From Oligoflexia bacterium (GTDB taxonomy: Bacteria; Bdellovibrionota; Bdellovibrionia; JABDDW01): a DNA stretch of 29,240 bases. Location: assembly GCA_043732305.1 (NCBI GenBank), contig JAYTHU010000148.1:1-29240 (forward strand), written 5' to 3'. Under the pieces are notes generated by a model, which was not told the origin of the DNA, ran no database searches, and saw only the letters and a list, made by a program, of their open reading frames with translations. Both the position numbers and the translations under genes were made by a program. Shown here piece after piece: positions 25,517-29,240 of the stretch (position 1 is the first letter of the stretch; each line of letters opens with the position of its first letter).

Positions 25517-26659
25517 ATGATGAAGCAACACCTGATGGCTCCTGGACCTTCTATGATTCCGGAAAAAGTTTTACTCAAGATGGCTGAACCCATTATTCAT
25601 CATCGCACCAAGCAGTTTGAGGCAGTTCTTTCTAAAGTCCACAAGCAATTGAAGTTCATTTTCCAAACTCAAAACGAAGTCATCATGCACGCTTGTGTCG
25701 GATCCGGCGCGATGGAATCAGCCGTGGTGAATTGTTTCAGCCCTGGCGATAAAATTCTCGTTGTGAAATCAGGAAAATTCGGTGAACGCTGGTCTGAACA
25801 AGGAAAAAAATTTGGTCTTAAAGTCATTGATCTCGATGTGACTTGGGGACATGCCGTCAGAGTCGCAGAAGTTTCTCGAATTTTAGATACCGAAAAAGAT
25901 GTTAAAGCCGTTTTAACTCAAGCTTGCGAAACGTCCACGGGAACGCAGCATCCCGTTAAAGAACTCAGTGATTTGCTTAAAAAGCATCCGCAGACTTTGC
26001 TTATGATCGACGCCATCACCGCACTGGGAATCACGGATCTGAAGATGGACGCATGGGGAATTGACGTGGTTGTGACTGGCTCGCAAAAAGCGCTCATGCT
26101 TCCACCTGGACTTTCGATGCTCAGCTTCAGCGCAAAGGCATTGAACTTCGTGAAAGTCGCAAAACTTCCCCGGTATTATTTCGATGTTCTAGAAGAACTT
26201 AAAGCGGCTGAGAAAAACCAAACCCATTTCACCCCTGCTATTTCGCTTATTCAAGGTTTGGGTGTGGCACTCGATATGATCGAAGAAGAAGGTTTAGAAA
26301 AGCTTTTCAAGCGTCATAAGAGATTGGCTGACGCCACTCGCGAGGGTTGCAAAGCCATGGGTCTCAAACTTTTTTCGGAAAGCCCCAGCAACAGTATCAC
26401 TGCGGTTTGCATCCCCGATGGCATCGATGGTGAAAAAGTAGTCGAGCATTTATTTTCAAAATACGGGTTCACCATTGTCGGCGGTCAGGACAAGGTCAAA
26501 GGCAAAATCATCCGCCTTGGACACATGGGTTACTGCGGAGACTTCGATGTGATTTCTATGATCTCAGCGCTCGAGATGACGATGAAAGATCTCGGACACA
26601 AGTTCGAGTGGGGTAGTGGAATCACTGCTGCATCTCAAATTTTACATGCAGGGATTTAA
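25517..26659 (+). CDS. Class V PLP aminotransferase (alanine/serine-glyoxylate family; likely phosphoserine aminotransferase in this context)
   Basis: MAPGP, IIHHRT, ETSTG, IDAIT, GSQKALMLPPG, RLGHMG. Adjacent to a serA-like gene. Confidence 0.88.
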   Translation: MMKQHLMAPGPSMIPEKVLLKMAEPIIHHRTKQFEAVLSKVHKQLKFIFQTQNEVIMHACVGSGAMESAVVNCFSPGDKILVVKSGKFGERWSEQGKKFGLKVIDLDVTWGHAVRVAEVSRILDTEKDVKAVLTQACETSTGTQHPVKELSDLLKKHPQTLLMIDAITALGITDLKMDAWGIDVVVTGSQKALMLPPGLSMLSFSAKALNFVKVAKLPRYYFDVLEELKAAEKNQTHFTPAISLIQGLGVALDMIEEEGLEKLFKRHKRLADATREGCKAMGLKLFSESPSNSITAVCIPDGIDGEKVVEHLFSKYGFTIVGGQDKVKGKIIRLGHMGYCGDFDVISMISALEMTMKDLGHKFEWGSGITAASQILHAGI

Positions 26660-26662
26660 AGT

Positions 26663-28977
<2,315 letters not shown>

Positions 28978-29001
28978 TTGAGGTCAAAAGCCTTTTCCGA
29001 G

Positions 29002-29030
29002 TTGACACTTGGACCGCTGCCCGTTAAAAC
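29002..29030 (+). promoter_or_regulatory. Sigma70-like promoter for tRNA-Lys
   Basis: Perfect TTGACA (29002-29007), 17-nt spacer, imperfect -10 TAAAAC. Confidence 0.5.
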
Positions 29031-29059
29031 TTTGTTTCTGCAATAACTTCTGTTATTTG

Positions 29060-29136
29060 GGGCCGCTAGCTCAGTTGGTTAGAGCATCTCCCTTTTAAGG
29101 AGAGGGTCGATGGTTCGAGTCCATCGCGGCTCACCA
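29060..29136 (+). tRNA. tRNA-Lys (anticodon TTT)
   Basis: Acceptor stem GGGCCGC/GCGGCTC, D arm GCTC..GAGC, anticodon stem TCTCC/GGAGA with loop CTTTTAA, GGTTCGAGTCC T arm, encoded CCA. Confidence 0.97.
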
Positions 29137-29180
29137 TTAGTCAACCCAAATCCGAAGATCGAATAAGTCGAAAAATTACG

Positions 29181-29203
29181 AACCACCTAAAGGTGGTTTT
29201 TTT
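29181..29203 (+). terminator. Intrinsic terminator after tRNA-Lys
   Basis: AACCACC-taaa-GGTGGTT hairpin running into a T tract. Confidence 0.8.
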
Positions 29204-29240
29204 GTGCCTGGATGTTGCCGTTTATGATTTTCGCGGGCAA

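Noticed and set aside
29137..29240. Possible integrative element at the tRNA-Lys 3' end
   Set aside because: No integrase or duplicated tRNA 3' end is visible in the window. Only a terminator follows.

Overview
Bacterial chromosomal segment. Gene content and style suggest a Bdellovibrionota/Oligoflexia-like or other former deltaproteobacterial organism (inference). The first ~9.3 kb looks accessory. It carries a 1568-aa signal-peptide protein fusing an M48 zinc peptidase to an atypical AarF/UbiB (ABC1) kinase behind a sigma54-type promoter, a secreted WG-repeat protein, and a wHTH-HATPase-STAS-like regulator with a dense operator array, translationally coupled to a HAD phosphatase. The rest is largely core. 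It includes tail-specific protease, a 2H phosphoesterase-like protein with a long Q/N-rich disordered N-terminus, yebC, an RNA-modification cluster (stand-alone MnmC-type methyltransferase, trhO, an uncharacterised SAM methyltransferase, rsmJ), an MFS transporter, an FAD oxidoreductase, a transglutaminase-like protein, bioY, a cupredoxin, holA, lptE, a divergently oriented leuS, a class V aminotransferase, a short serA-like gene, purA and tRNA-Lys(UUU). Several genes have a -10 hexamer 5-8 nt before the ATG and no Shine-Dalgarno, which suggests frequent leaderless mRNAs. No CRISPR array, rRNA or intact mobile element was seen.
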